Source: an uncultured Acidobacteriota bacterium
GTDB lineage: Bacteria > Acidobacteriota > Thermoanaerobaculia > UBA5066
Length of the DNA stretch: 64,000 bases
Assembly (NCBI GenBank): GCA_963779415.1
Contig: CAVZYA010000001.1
Location: 544,001-608,000 of the forward strand
Direction: 5' to 3'
In this document: positions 45,723 through 55,239 of the stretch, in pieces
Layout: the number at the start of each line of letters is the position of its first letter
Numbering within the stretch: the stretch's first letter is position 1
Made by a program: the position numbers and the translations under genes
Notes under the pieces: model-generated
What the model was told of the DNA's origin: nothing
Database searches by the model: none
The model's input: only the letters and a program-made list of their open reading frames with translations

Positions 45723-46490
45723 TTATGCCCTTTGGAGAAAGAGGAGGATCGTGATCCCGAAGCCGATGACGACGACGGCGACCCGGGCCTTCTCCTTTCC
45801 GATCCGCCGCGCGAAGTGCGCTCCGGCGTAGCCGCCGAGCGTCGCGCCGAGAACCATGACCAGCGCGACCGGCCAGACGACCGCTCCCCGGAGGATGAAG
45901 TAGCCGGCCGCCACGCTGTTGATGCAGATCCCGAAGAAGTTCTTGAGCCCGTTCATCGCGTGAATGTCCTCGAGCCCGAGAAAGCCGAGGATCACGAGCA
46001 TCAGGATTCCGATTCCCGCGCCGAAGTAGCCGCCGTAGATCGCGACGCCGAACTGCAGCGCCCATGCGAACGCCCACCTCTCGAGGCCGGGCTTCTTCGT
46101 CCCGTCCTCGCCGTCCCGCAGCCGCGAAGAGACGATCTGGAAGAGGAAGAGGAGCGTCGCGAAGAGGACGAGGTACGGGGCGAGGCGCGCGAAGACCTTC
46201 TCCGGCGTCATCAGGAGGAGGACGGAGCCGAGCGCGCCGCCGACGAGGCTCGGGACGAGGAGCGTCTTGAGCCATTCACGATGCGTGGCCACTTCGCGCC
46301 GGTAGCCCGCCATGCTCGAGGCCGCTCCCGGGAGAAGCGCCACGGTCGAGGTCGCGTTCGCCTGGATGGCGGGCATCCCGAGAAAGACGAGCGTCGGGAA
46401 GGTGAGGAGCGTCCCGCCTCCGGCGAGGGCGTTCATGATCCCCCCGCCGGCCGAAGCCGCGAGCATGACGGCGACCTCGAAGCTCTTCAC
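45723..46490 (-). CDS. TSUP (TauE/SafE) family membrane protein
   Basis: AGGGTL..FP, ANAT, YGGYFGAG.G. Confidence 0.9.
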   Translation of the reverse strand: MKSFEVAVMLAASAGGGIMNALAGGGTLLTFPTLVFLGMPAIQANATSTVALLPGAASSMAGYRREVATHREWLKTLLVPSLVGGALGSVLLLMTPEKVFARLAPYLVLFATLLFLFQIVSSRLRDGEDGTKKPGLERWAFAWALQFGVAIYGGYFGAGIGILMLVILGFLGLEDIHAMNGLKNFFGICINSVAAGYFILRGAVVWPVALVMVLGATLGGYAGAHFARRIGKEKARVAVVVIGFGITILLFLQRA

Positions 46491-48541
46491 CGCCCTTCCC
46501 CGAGGCCCCGCTTCGTCAGCCCGTAGACCGCGAACGTCCCGAGCCAGTGCCCTCCCTCGTAGTGCTCTCCCGTGATGGCCGCGAGGCCGGCGGCGCGGTG
46601 CGCGAGCGCGGCGTTCCGAAGGGACGGAATCCGCGGGTCGCCCGCCGGAAGACCGGACGCGATCCCCTCGAGCATGAAGGAGCGGCTGAGGTTGAGGCCG
46701 TCGAGGTGGGCCAGCTTTCCGTCACCCGCGTCCGTCGTCACGCCGGGCCGGATCCAGTCGCCCGTGGCGTCCGAAGGCACCTCGGGGAGGAAGGCTCCGA
46801 GCCACGAGGCGAAGGGCAAAGGCGGAAGGACGCGTCGGACGAGATCGGCCTCCGCGAGGCAGGGCGAAAGGAAATCCTGCCCCGACGGCTCGTACCCGAG
46901 GGGGCAGCCCCTGTCGCCGCCATACAGCTCGAGAATCCGGCGCTCGAGGAGCGACGCCTTCCCGGTCTCCCCCGCGCCGCGCGCCCAGTCGAGGACGAGG
47001 CCGAAGGCGAAGGCCGTCTGCGCGTGTTCCCCCTCGCGAATAGGATAGGAGAGCTTCGGAATCCAGCCGAAGAGCTGTGCGGCGGCCGCCTGCTCCAGCG
47101 GGCGGAGCGCCGCCGACCAGGCCCGCGCCTCGGGATCGTTCCATTCGCGGAGCTCGGCGGCGAGCTGGAGAAGCCACGCGAGCCCGTACGGACGCTCGAA
47201 GGTGCCGCGTCCCGGACCCTCGAGGTAGGCGACCTCTCCGGCCACATTCGCCGGCGTCAGGCTCTTCGCGAGCGCCGCCCGCGCCCGCGCGGCGAGCGGA
47301 TCGCCCGGGGCGAGACGCGCCATCCGCGCGAGAAGCCAGTGGCCATGAACCGACGAATGCCAGTCGTAGCAGCCGTAGAAGGCCGGCGTCAGCTTCCGGG
47401 GCGGAAGGGCGTCCGCGTCGGAGTTCATCACGTGGGCGATCTTGTTCGGGTACTCGCGGTGAACGCAGTCGAGCGCGAGGCGGGCATAGCGGGCCACCGC
47501 CTCGAGCCCCCCCGGAACCGGGACGACCTCGCTGGTGCCGAGCCCGTCCGGCTCCTTGCCGGCCGGGAACCCCCCGACGACCTCCATCCGGGCGAGGTCG
47601 ACGACGGCCACGACGTCCGCGTTGGAGTTCGCGACGAAGACGGACGTGCCGGAGGGCGGGACGAGAATCCCGACGGGTGCCGGACTTGCCCCGAACATTC
47701 CGGAGAAGAGGCGGCCCGACGGGTCGACCGCCTTGGCGGACATCGGGATCCGGCCGGTCTCCTTTCGGGTGGCCCGGTCGAAGACGGCGACGTCCCCGCT
47801 GCGGGCCCGCGAGACGAGGACGCCCCGCCCGTCCCGCGTGAAGGCGACACGGATCGGAAACGAGGGACAGGCAAGCGTCGCGCGAACCTCGAGCGTCGCC
47901 GCGTCGACGACGCTGACCGTGTCGGACGCGCGGTTCGCCACCCAGACCTCCGTTCCGTCCGGCGAGACCGCGATTCCCTCCGCGCCGGCCCCCGTTGCCG
48001 TCGACCGGACGGTCCCCGTCGCGACGTCGATCGCGGTGACGCTCCCCGACCCGACGTTCGCGACGAAGATCCTCGCTCCGTCGGGCGAGACGGCGAGCAT
48101 GTGCGACGTCTCGGCCCCGGTCGCCCAGGTCCGGAGGACCCTTCCCGACGGAACGTCGACGAGGGCGACGGCCTGGTTCGCCTCTGCGGTCACGGCCACC
48201 GTCCTGCCGTCCGGAAGGAAGGCGAGGCCGTGCGGGCGGCGCAGCTCTCCGAGGTCGATCGTCCGGACGGCCCGCGCCCCGGCCACGTCGAGGACCGTCA
48301 GCGTCCGCCCGTCCTTTCCCCGGACGCCGTAGTTCGAGACGACCGCCGTCCGGCCGTCGGGCGAAACGGCCACCTCGTGCGGCCCGAGCCCGACGGGGAC
48401 CGTCGCGGAGACGGCGCCCGTCCTCTCGTCGAGAAGAGAGACGTTCGCCTCCGACTTGTTCAGGACGAGGAGCGTCCCGTCGGCACGGAGGGCGCGCGGC
48501 AGGAGAAGCACCAATGCGAGCGCGGCAGCACCGAGTCTCAT
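46487..48541 (-). CDS. Secreted YVTN-type beta-propeller fused to DUF2891-like domain
   Basis: Signal peptide; repeats PH..AVSPDG...V.N; C-terminal half EYPNK, FYGCYDWHSSVHGHW, FERPYG, HLDGLNLSR, HWLGTFA. Confidence 0.8.
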   Translation of the reverse strand: MRLGAAALALVLLLPRALRADGTLLVLNKSEANVSLLDERTGAVSATVPVGLGPHEVAVSPDGRTAVVSNYGVRGKDGRTLTVLDVAGARAVRTIDLGELRRPHGLAFLPDGRTVAVTAEANQAVALVDVPSGRVLRTWATGAETSHMLAVSPDGARIFVANVGSGSVTAIDVATGTVRSTATGAGAEGIAVSPDGTEVWVANRASDTVSVVDAATLEVRATLACPSFPIRVAFTRDGRGVLVSRARSGDVAVFDRATRKETGRIPMSAKAVDPSGRLFSGMFGASPAPVGILVPPSGTSVFVANSNADVVAVVDLARMEVVGGFPAGKEPDGLGTSEVVPVPGGLEAVARYARLALDCVHREYPNKIAHVMNSDADALPPRKLTPAFYGCYDWHSSVHGHWLLARMARLAPGDPLAARARAALAKSLTPANVAGEVAYLEGPGRGTFERPYGLAWLLQLAAELREWNDPEARAWSAALRPLEQAAAAQLFGWIPKLSYPIREGEHAQTAFAFGLVLDWARGAGETGKASLLERRILELYGGDRGCPLGYEPSGQDFLSPCLAEADLVRRVLPPLPFASWLGAFLPEVPSDATGDWIRPGVTTDAGDGKLAHLDGLNLSRSFMLEGIASGLPAGDPRIPSLRNAALAHRAAGLAAITGEHYEGGHWLGTFAVYGLTKRGLGEGR

Positions 48542-48569
48542 TCCGACATGCTACCGCGCGGCGAAGGCG

Positions 48570-48887
48570 TCAGCCGGAGCGCGGGCCGAGCGGCAGAAGC
48601 GACAGCTGCGAAACGCTCTTCTCCAGCCGCGCGATCTTCTTCCTCGGTTCCGACTTCGAGAGCGACCAGGCCCCCTGCAGATGGAGCCAGTACTCCGGGT
48701 CGGTGCCGAACGCCTGTGCGAAGAGCCACGCGGTCCGCGGCGTCACGCTGCGCCTCCCGTGGACGATCTCGAGGATCGTCTTCTCCGAGAGGTGGACGTG
48801 CCGGGCGAGGGTCGCGTGCGTGACGCCGAGAGGCCCGAGGAACTTCTCCTCGAGAACCTGCCCCGGATGCGGGGGTTTCGACTCCAT
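48570..48887 (-). CDS. higA: HigA-type XRE antitoxin (orphan)
   Basis: PPHPG.VL.E.FL.PLG, EIVHGRR..T, FGT.PEYWL.LQ. Confidence 0.8.
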   Translation of the reverse strand: MESKPPHPGQVLEEKFLGPLGVTHATLARHVHLSEKTILEIVHGRRSVTPRTAWLFAQAFGTDPEYWLHLQGAWSLSKSEPRKKIARLEKSVSQLSLLPLGPRSG

Positions 48888-48942
48888 GCCGATGACCTCT
48901 CGCGCGATCCTACCGCGTGCCGGACCGGCCGAGGCCCCTAGA

Positions 48943-49689
48943 ATGCGCTCCGTGCCGAACAAGTACCTCTCCGAAGGCGAGGAGCGCGCCCCGAAGGTCC
49001 GGGAGATGTTCTCGCTCCTCGCGGGGCGCTACGACCTGATCAACGACCTGATGTCCGCGGGCCTCCACCGGAAATGGAAGCGGGAAACCGTGACGCTTGC
49101 GCTCGAAGGGAAGAAGGGGCGCCTCCGGCTCCTCGACCTCTGCTGCGGGACGGGCGACCTCGCCTTCCTCGCCGAGAAGGCCGCGCCCGAGGCGGCGGTG
49201 ACCGGCGCCGATTTCACCCTTCCGATGCTCCGGATCGCCCGAAAGAGACGATCGGCCGCGAGCGGTCGCAGCCGCTTCACCCAGGCCGACGCCCTCCGGC
49301 TCCCCTTCCGGAGCGGAGCCTTCGACGCCATCACCATCGGCTACGGCCTCCGGAACGTGGCCGACCTTCCGAAGGCGCTCTCGGAGATGCGCCGCGTCCT
49401 CGCGCCGGGCGGCCGGCTCGTCGTCCTCGACTTCGGCAAGCCGGCGAATCCCGTCGCGGCGTGGCTCTACAACGCCTTTCTCCATACGGTCATGCCGGTC
49501 ATGGGGACCCTCTTCCACGGGGACCCCGAGACCTATCTCTACATTCCCGAGTCTCTCCGGAAGTTCCCGGCGCAGAAGGGGGTCGAGGAGCTGATGAGAG
49601 AGGCCGGTTTCGTCCGCGCTCGCTACCAGAACCGCCTTCTCGGGACGATGGGCCTCAACGTCGGCGAAGCGCCCGGCGGGGCGACATGA
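48943..49689 (+). CDS. menG: UbiE/MenG quinone C-methyltransferase
   Basis: YD..ND.MS.GLH..W, LDLCCGTGD, IGYGLRNV, Y.YIPES. Start ATG 48943 or GTG 48952. Confidence 0.9.
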   Translation: MRSVPNKYLSEGEERAPKVREMFSLLAGRYDLINDLMSAGLHRKWKRETVTLALEGKKGRLRLLDLCCGTGDLAFLAEKAAPEAAVTGADFTLPMLRIARKRRSAASGRSRFTQADALRLPFRSGAFDAITIGYGLRNVADLPKALSEMRRVLAPGGRLVVLDFGKPANPVAAWLYNAFLHTVMPVMGTLFHGDPETYLYIPESLRKFPAQKGVEELMREAGFVRARYQNRLLGTMGLNVGEAPGGAT

Positions 49690-49768
49690 GGACGACTGGT
49701 CACTTTGAACCAAGGAGGCCCCCGGCCACATGTGGGATAGTTTCCCCGGATCCGTTGGGAGGGCTCGC

Positions 49769-50785
49769 ATGACGACGATCGGCATCATGGGTTTCGGGCG
49801 AATCGGGCGGAACCTCTTCCGCCTCCTCTACAAGCGCGACGACGTCCGGATCGGCGCCGTCTGCGACATCGCGGATCCCGCCAGCGCGGAGTACCTTCTC
49901 CGTTTCGACACGCTCTCGGGCCGCTTCCCCGATCCGATCTCGGTGAAGGAAGGACAGCTCTGGGTCTACGGGCGGCCGATCCCCTTCCTCGCGGGGTGGG
50001 ACAAGGCGGCAATCCCCGACTGGCAGGCCCTCGGAGTCGACACGGTCATCGAGGCGACGAGCCGCCCCCAGAGCCGGGCCGACCTCGAGAAGCACCTCGC
50101 TGCGGGGGCCCGCCGCGTGATTCTCACGGCGCTCCCCACCGAGCCGCTCGACATGATGGTGGTCCCGGGCGTCAACGACGAGACTCTCTCCGCCGCTCAC
50201 CGGCTCGTCTGCAACGCGTCGCCGACCATCCAGGGCCTCGCTCCCCTCGTGAAGATCCTTCTCGACGCCTTCGGGATCGACCGGCTGATGTTCACGACGG
50301 TCCACGAATACACGAGCTATCACCGCCTCGCCGACGTGCCGGCCCAGGACATGCGCCGCGGTCGCTCGGCCCCCGAGAACATCGTGCCGCAGGAATCGCG
50401 CTCGCCGGCGATCCTGATGGACCTCTTCCCCGAGCTGAAGAACAAGGTCCTCGGCGCGGCGCTGAACGTTCCCGTCCCGAACGGGTCGGCTGTCGATCTC
50501 GTCTGCTGGCACCCGAAGAAGGTCACCGTCGACGCCGTCAACGAAGCGGTCCGGACGGCCGCCGGGAGCCGATGGAAAGGAATCCTCGACTGGACCGCGG
50601 ACCCGATCGTCTCCTCCGACGTCGCCCAGAGCCCCTATTCGGGGACCTTCGACTCGAAGGCGACGATGGTCCTCAGCGAGACGCTCTCGAAGACGCTCCT
50701 CTGGTTCGACTCCGGCTGGGCGTACGCCCACCGGCTCGCCGACCTCATCGACCGGTTCCACATCCTCGACAAGGAGGCACGCTGA
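49769..50785 (+). CDS. GAPDH paralogue lacking the catalytic cysteine (predicted pseudoenzyme)
   Basis: GFGRIGR, TTVH, VPVPNGS, PIVSSD, WFD; active-site motif reads CNASPTIQGLAP instead of SNASCTTNCLAP. Confidence 0.85.
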   Translation: MTTIGIMGFGRIGRNLFRLLYKRDDVRIGAVCDIADPASAEYLLRFDTLSGRFPDPISVKEGQLWVYGRPIPFLAGWDKAAIPDWQALGVDTVIEATSRPQSRADLEKHLAAGARRVILTALPTEPLDMMVVPGVNDETLSAAHRLVCNASPTIQGLAPLVKILLDAFGIDRLMFTTVHEYTSYHRLADVPAQDMRRGRSAPENIVPQESRSPAILMDLFPELKNKVLGAALNVPVPNGSAVDLVCWHPKKVTVDAVNEAVRTAAGSRWKGILDWTADPIVSSDVAQSPYSGTFDSKATMVLSETLSKTLLWFDSGWAYAHRLADLIDRFHILDKEAR

Positions 50786-51786
50786 TGTCCCGCGTCGCCA
50801 TCAACGGCTTCGGCCGCATCGGACGGAGCGTCTTCCGCATCCTCGCCGGCCGACCGGATGTCGAAGTCGTCGCCATCAACGACCTCTTCGACGACGACCA
50901 GCTCGCCTATCTCCTCAAGTACGACACGATCATGGGGGTCTTCGAGAAGGACGTCGCCGTCGCCGGAAACCAGATGGTCGTCGACGGCCGGAAGGTCCTG
51001 ATGACGAAGGAGAAGGACCCGTCGAAGCTCCCGTGGGCGAAGCTCGGCGTCGACGTCGTGGTGGAGTCGACCGGGAGGTTCCTGACGCGGGAGGCGCTCG
51101 AAAAGCACCTCGCGGCCGGCGCCCGGAGGGTCATTCTGACGGTTCCGGCCAAGGACGAGATCGACGCCATGATCGTCATGGGGGTGAACGACGCCTCGCT
51201 CAAGAAGGAGCACCGCATCGTCTCGAACGCCTCCTGTACGACGAACTGCCTCGCGCCGATCGCGAAGATCCTCGACGAGTCGTTCGGCATCGAGAACGGC
51301 TTCATGACGACCGTACACGCCTACACGAACGACCAGCGCCTCGCCGACGTTCCGCACAAGGACCTCCGCCGCGCGCGAGCCGCCGCCGAGAACATCATCC
51401 CGACGACGACGGGCGCGGCCCGCGCGGTCGGCAAGGTCCTCCCGCATCTGAAGGGGAAGCTGGACGGGATGGCGATGCGGGTCCCGGTACCGGACGGCTC
51501 CGTCGTCGACCTCGACGTCAAGCTCCGGAAGAGCCCGTCCGCCAGGGAGATCAACGAAGCCGTCCGCGCCGCGGCGGCGGGGCCGATGAAGCGGATCGTC
51601 GAGTACAGCGAAGTCCCTCTCGTCTCGAGCGACATCATCGGGAACCCGCACTCCTCCGTCTTCGACGCCCTCTCGACGAAGAGCCTCGGCGACGGCTACG
51701 CGAAGGTCCTCTCCTGGTACGACAACGAGTGGGGGTACTCCAACCGCGTCGTGGATCTCGTCGACCGGCTGGTGGCGCTCGGCTGA
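50785..51786 (+). CDS. gap: Type I glyceraldehyde-3-phosphate dehydrogenase
   Basis: INGFGRIGR, SNASCTTNCLAP, TTVHAYT, TTGAA, WYDNEWGYS. Confidence 0.95.
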   Translation: MSRVAINGFGRIGRSVFRILAGRPDVEVVAINDLFDDDQLAYLLKYDTIMGVFEKDVAVAGNQMVVDGRKVLMTKEKDPSKLPWAKLGVDVVVESTGRFLTREALEKHLAAGARRVILTVPAKDEIDAMIVMGVNDASLKKEHRIVSNASCTTNCLAPIAKILDESFGIENGFMTTVHAYTNDQRLADVPHKDLRRARAAAENIIPTTTGAARAVGKVLPHLKGKLDGMAMRVPVPDGSVVDLDVKLRKSPSAREINEAVRAAAAGPMKRIVEYSEVPLVSSDIIGNPHSSVFDALSTKSLGDGYAKVLSWYDNEWGYSNRVVDLVDRLVALG

Positions 51787-51970
51787 CCGACACCGTGATC
51801 CTCATCCGCCCCGGGAGTCCTCGCCGCCTATAATTCAGACGTCACGTGAGGACGGGGGAGAGACCGCGGCCGACCGCACGGAGGAATCCCGCGCCCCTGA
51901 GGGCTCCGGGGCCGGAGTTCGCGTCCACGGAGTTCCCGAACAGCCCGCGCCGCGCTCCGTCAACCGCCTG

Positions 51971-54337
51971 GTGACGGTTCTCGTCGTCCTCTTCGCCCTC
52001 GCCACGACGGTCGCGATGATTCTCGGAATCCTGGGACTCGACACGCTGGCCACGTTTCGAGCGTACGCCGCTGCCGAGAGCCGGTGGTCCCGGGAAGAGG
52101 CGGCGAGCCTTCTCGCCCTCTACCGGTATCTCGACTCGGCGGACGAAAAGGACCATCAACTCTTCCTCGGCAGCCAGGAGATCCCGAAGGCGTTCCACCA
52201 CGCCCTCCGCGAGCTCGATGGGCCGGTGATCGAGCCCCGCCCGGCGGCGGAGGCGCTTCTCGCGGCCCGCAGCCACCCGGACGAGGTGGACGGGATGGTG
52301 TCGGTCTTCGCCCGGATGAGGAGCCTGGACGACGTCGCACGAGGCCTCGCCATCTGGCGCCAGTCGGACGCCCTCGGCGAGGAGATCGTGGCGCTCGGGG
52401 AGAGGATTCGGGGGGACTTCGCCTCCCACCGAATCGACGCGACCCGCCGTTCGGCATACCAGGCGGAGATCGAGCAGATCGGCGCCCGGCTGTCGGAGAC
52501 GTCCGAACGCTTCACCGCACAGGTCGGTTCGACGACGCGGCGGCTCCGGCGTCTCCTCGTCGCGACGCTCGTCGCCCTCACGCTCCTTGCGATGGCCTTT
52601 GCCGTCTCGGTCTCCGTGCACGTCGCCCGCCTCCTCCGGAAGCGGGAGCGCGACCTCGCGGTCTCGGAGCGCCGCTATCGGCTCCTCTTCGAGCGGAACC
52701 TCGCCGGCCTCTACCGAGCCACCCTCGACGGAAGGATCCTCGAGTGCAACTCGGCTTTCGCCCGGACCCTCGGCTACCCCAGCCGAGAGGAGATCCTCCA
52801 GCTCAACATGCACGAGCTCTACCTCGACCCGGACGACCGGGAGGTGACGATCGCCACCCTCCTGCAGCAGAAGTTCCTCGTGAACTACGAGATCGGCCTC
52901 CGCCGGCGGGACGGCTCACCCGTCTGGGTCCTCGTCAACGAAAGCCTTCTCGACGACGAGACCGGAGGACCGGTCCTCGAGGGAAGCCTCATCGACATCA
53001 CGGACCGGAAGAGGGCGGAGGAGGAGAGCCACCATCAGGCGTATCACGACGCCCTGACCGACCTCCCGAACCGGGCCCTCTTCCACGACCGGCTCTCCCT
53101 CGCGATCCTCCACGCCCACCGCCGGAAACAGAGCCTCGCGGTGATGTTCATCGACCTCGACCACTTCAAGAACGTCAACGACACGCTCGGGCATTCGGCG
53201 GGTGACGAGGTCCTCGTCGCCGTGGCCGACCGGCTGAAGGCCTGCCTTCGCGAGGAAGACACCGTCGCTCGGGTCGGCGGCGACGAGTTCCTCCTCCTCC
53301 TGACCGGGATCGCCCGGGAGAGCGACGTCGCCGGAATGTCCCGGAAGATTCTCAAGGTGCTGGCCGACCCCTTCGCTCTCAAGAAGCGGGAGCTCTTCCT
53401 CTCGGCCTCGATCGGCGTCGGCCTCTACCCGAACGACGGCACCGACGCGGAGACCCTCGTGGCGAACGTCGACACGGCGATGTACCGCGCCAAGGAGGCC
53501 GGCCGGAACAACTTCCAGTTCTTCACGCCCCACATGCAGGAGGCCTCCCAGGAGCGCGCCCACCTCGAGAGCGGCCTCAGGCGCGCTCTCCCGAGGCGCG
53601 AGTTCGCCCTTCATTACCAGCCGGTGATCGATCTCGCCTCGCGGCGCGTCCTCGGTCTCGAAGCCCTCGTCCGATGGAACCATCCGGAAAGGGGCCTGCT
53701 CGGCCCCAAGGAGTTCATCAGTCTCGCCGAGGATGCCGGGCTGATCGTGTCGATCGGGGACTGGATCCTCCACAAGGCCTGCGAGGAGGCCCGCCGGCTT
53801 CAGGCGGGCGCCTTCCCGGACCTCCGGATGTCCGTCAACCTCTCGCCCCGGCAGTTCCAGGACAAGGACCTCGTCTGGACGGTGCAGCGCGCTCTCACGG
53901 AGACCGGACTTCAACCGACCTCGCTCGAGCTCGAGATCACGGAGGGGATCGCCATGCAGAACCTCTCCCTCACGATGGAGGTGCTCGGCGAGCTCTCTCG
54001 CACGGGGATCCAGATCTCGGTCGACGATTTCGGGACGGGCCACTCCTCCCTCAGCTACCTCAAGCACTTTCCGATTCACCGCCTCAAGATCGACCGCTCC
54101 TTCGTGGCGGGAATGACGCGGGACGACCGGGACCGCTCGATCGTGGCCGCCATCGTCTCGATGGCCCACAACCTCTCGCTCCGGGTCACGGCCGAGGGCG
54201 TCGAGACGGCCGCGCAGGCCGAGCTTCTCGCCTCCCTCGGCTGCGACGACGTGCAGGGCTTCCTCTTCGCTCCGCCGCTCCCCGAGGCGAGCCTCGAGGA
54301 GCGCCTCCTCGCCGTCTGCGGGACGGAGCCGGGCTGA
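51971..54337 (+). CDS. Membrane PAS-GGDEF-EAL protein
   Basis: Two TM segments, PAS, DALT.LPNR, GGDEF, EAL, DDFGTG, AEGVE, QG. Confidence 0.92.
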   Translation: MTVLVVLFALATTVAMILGILGLDTLATFRAYAAAESRWSREEAASLLALYRYLDSADEKDHQLFLGSQEIPKAFHHALRELDGPVIEPRPAAEALLAARSHPDEVDGMVSVFARMRSLDDVARGLAIWRQSDALGEEIVALGERIRGDFASHRIDATRRSAYQAEIEQIGARLSETSERFTAQVGSTTRRLRRLLVATLVALTLLAMAFAVSVSVHVARLLRKRERDLAVSERRYRLLFERNLAGLYRATLDGRILECNSAFARTLGYPSREEILQLNMHELYLDPDDREVTIATLLQQKFLVNYEIGLRRRDGSPVWVLVNESLLDDETGGPVLEGSLIDITDRKRAEEESHHQAYHDALTDLPNRALFHDRLSLAILHAHRRKQSLAVMFIDLDHFKNVNDTLGHSAGDEVLVAVADRLKACLREEDTVARVGGDEFLLLLTGIARESDVAGMSRKILKVLADPFALKKRELFLSASIGVGLYPNDGTDAETLVANVDTAMYRAKEAGRNNFQFFTPHMQEASQERAHLESGLRRALPRREFALHYQPVIDLASRRVLGLEALVRWNHPERGLLGPKEFISLAEDAGLIVSIGDWILHKACEEARRLQAGAFPDLRMSVNLSPRQFQDKDLVWTVQRALTETGLQPTSLELEITEGIAMQNLSLTMEVLGELSRTGIQISVDDFGTGHSSLSYLKHFPIHRLKIDRSFVAGMTRDDRDRSIVAAIVSMAHNLSLRVTAEGVETAAQAELLASLGCDDVQGFLFAPPLPEASLEERLLAVCGTEPG

Positions 54338-54340
54338 CGG

Positions 54341-55159
54341 CTACCGGCCCAGCTCGCCCGCGACCCGGGCCGCGGTCTCGACACCCCGTGCCAGGACCGA
54401 ACGGATCCTGCCGTCCTCCAGCGCGAGGATCCCGGCGATCGTGCACCCCGCCGGCGTCGTGACGTCGTCCTTGAGGGCCGCCGGGTGCCGGCCGGTCCTG
54501 AGGACCATCTCCGCGGCGCCCAGGGTCATCTGGGCGACGAGCTCGGTGGCGACGTGGCGTGGAAGGCCCCGCATGACGCCCCCGTCCGCGAGCGACTCGA
54601 TGATGATGTAGATGAAGGCCGGCCCGCTCGCCGAAAGTCCCGTGACCGTGTCCATGTGCTTCTCTTCCAGCTCGAGGACCCGCCCGAGCGGCGCGAAGAT
54701 CTCCCGCGCGAGCGCGACGTCCCGGTCGGTCGCCCGGGTCCCCTTCGCGAGGACGGTCATCCCCTTTCCGATCAGGCACGGGGTGTTCGGCATCGCGCGG
54801 ACGACCGGAGCACCTCCACCGAGCGCCTCCTCGATCGTGCCGGTGGAGATGCCGGCCGCGATGGAAATGAAGAGGGTCCTTCGCCGCGGCTCGAAGACCC
54901 CACGAAGCGCCTCGGCCGCCGCCACGACGTCCTTCGGCTTGACGCAGAGGATCACGATGTCGCTCCGGAAAGCAACGGCCGCGCTGTCGAGCGAGCAGGC
55001 GACGCCCAGCTCCTTCGTCGCCCTTTCCGCGCTGGCCTTCGACCGGGCGGAGGCCCGAACGTCACCGCGGTGCACCTTCCCCGAGGCGAGGAGACCCGCC
55101 ACGATGCTCCGCCCCATGGTCCCGGTCCCCACCACCGCGATCTTTTTGCCCCGAAGCAT
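54341..55159 (-). CDS. proC: Pyrroline-5-carboxylate reductase
   Basis: GTGTMG, CVKP, SIAAG, RAMPNTP, SASGPAF, VTTPAG.T. Confidence 0.92.
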   Translation of the reverse strand: MLRGKKIAVVGTGTMGRSIVAGLLASGKVHRGDVRASARSKASAERATKELGVACSLDSAAVAFRSDIVILCVKPKDVVAAAEALRGVFEPRRRTLFISIAAGISTGTIEEALGGGAPVVRAMPNTPCLIGKGMTVLAKGTRATDRDVALAREIFAPLGRVLELEEKHMDTVTGLSASGPAFIYIIIESLADGGVMRGLPRHVATELVAQMTLGAAEMVLRTGRHPAALKDDVTTPAGCTIAGILALEDGRIRSVLARGVETAARVAGELGR

Positions 55160-55239
55160 GATGGCCTCCTATAGCATTGATTCAGGAGAATCATCGCAGG
55201 CCCGAGCGGTCATCGCCAATCATCCGCTGCGAGCAGGAA

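Noticed and set aside
46547-48823. Long antisense or alternative-frame ORFs (also 2723..4504, 5675..7501, 12013..13893, 14672..16693, 35334..36944 and others)
   Set aside because: Arg/Pro/Gly-rich shadows expected at high GC, overlapping well-supported genes, with no motifs.
49769-50785. Erythrose-4-phosphate dehydrogenase (epd/gapB) assignment
   Set aside because: Epd also needs the NASCTT cysteine, which is absent.
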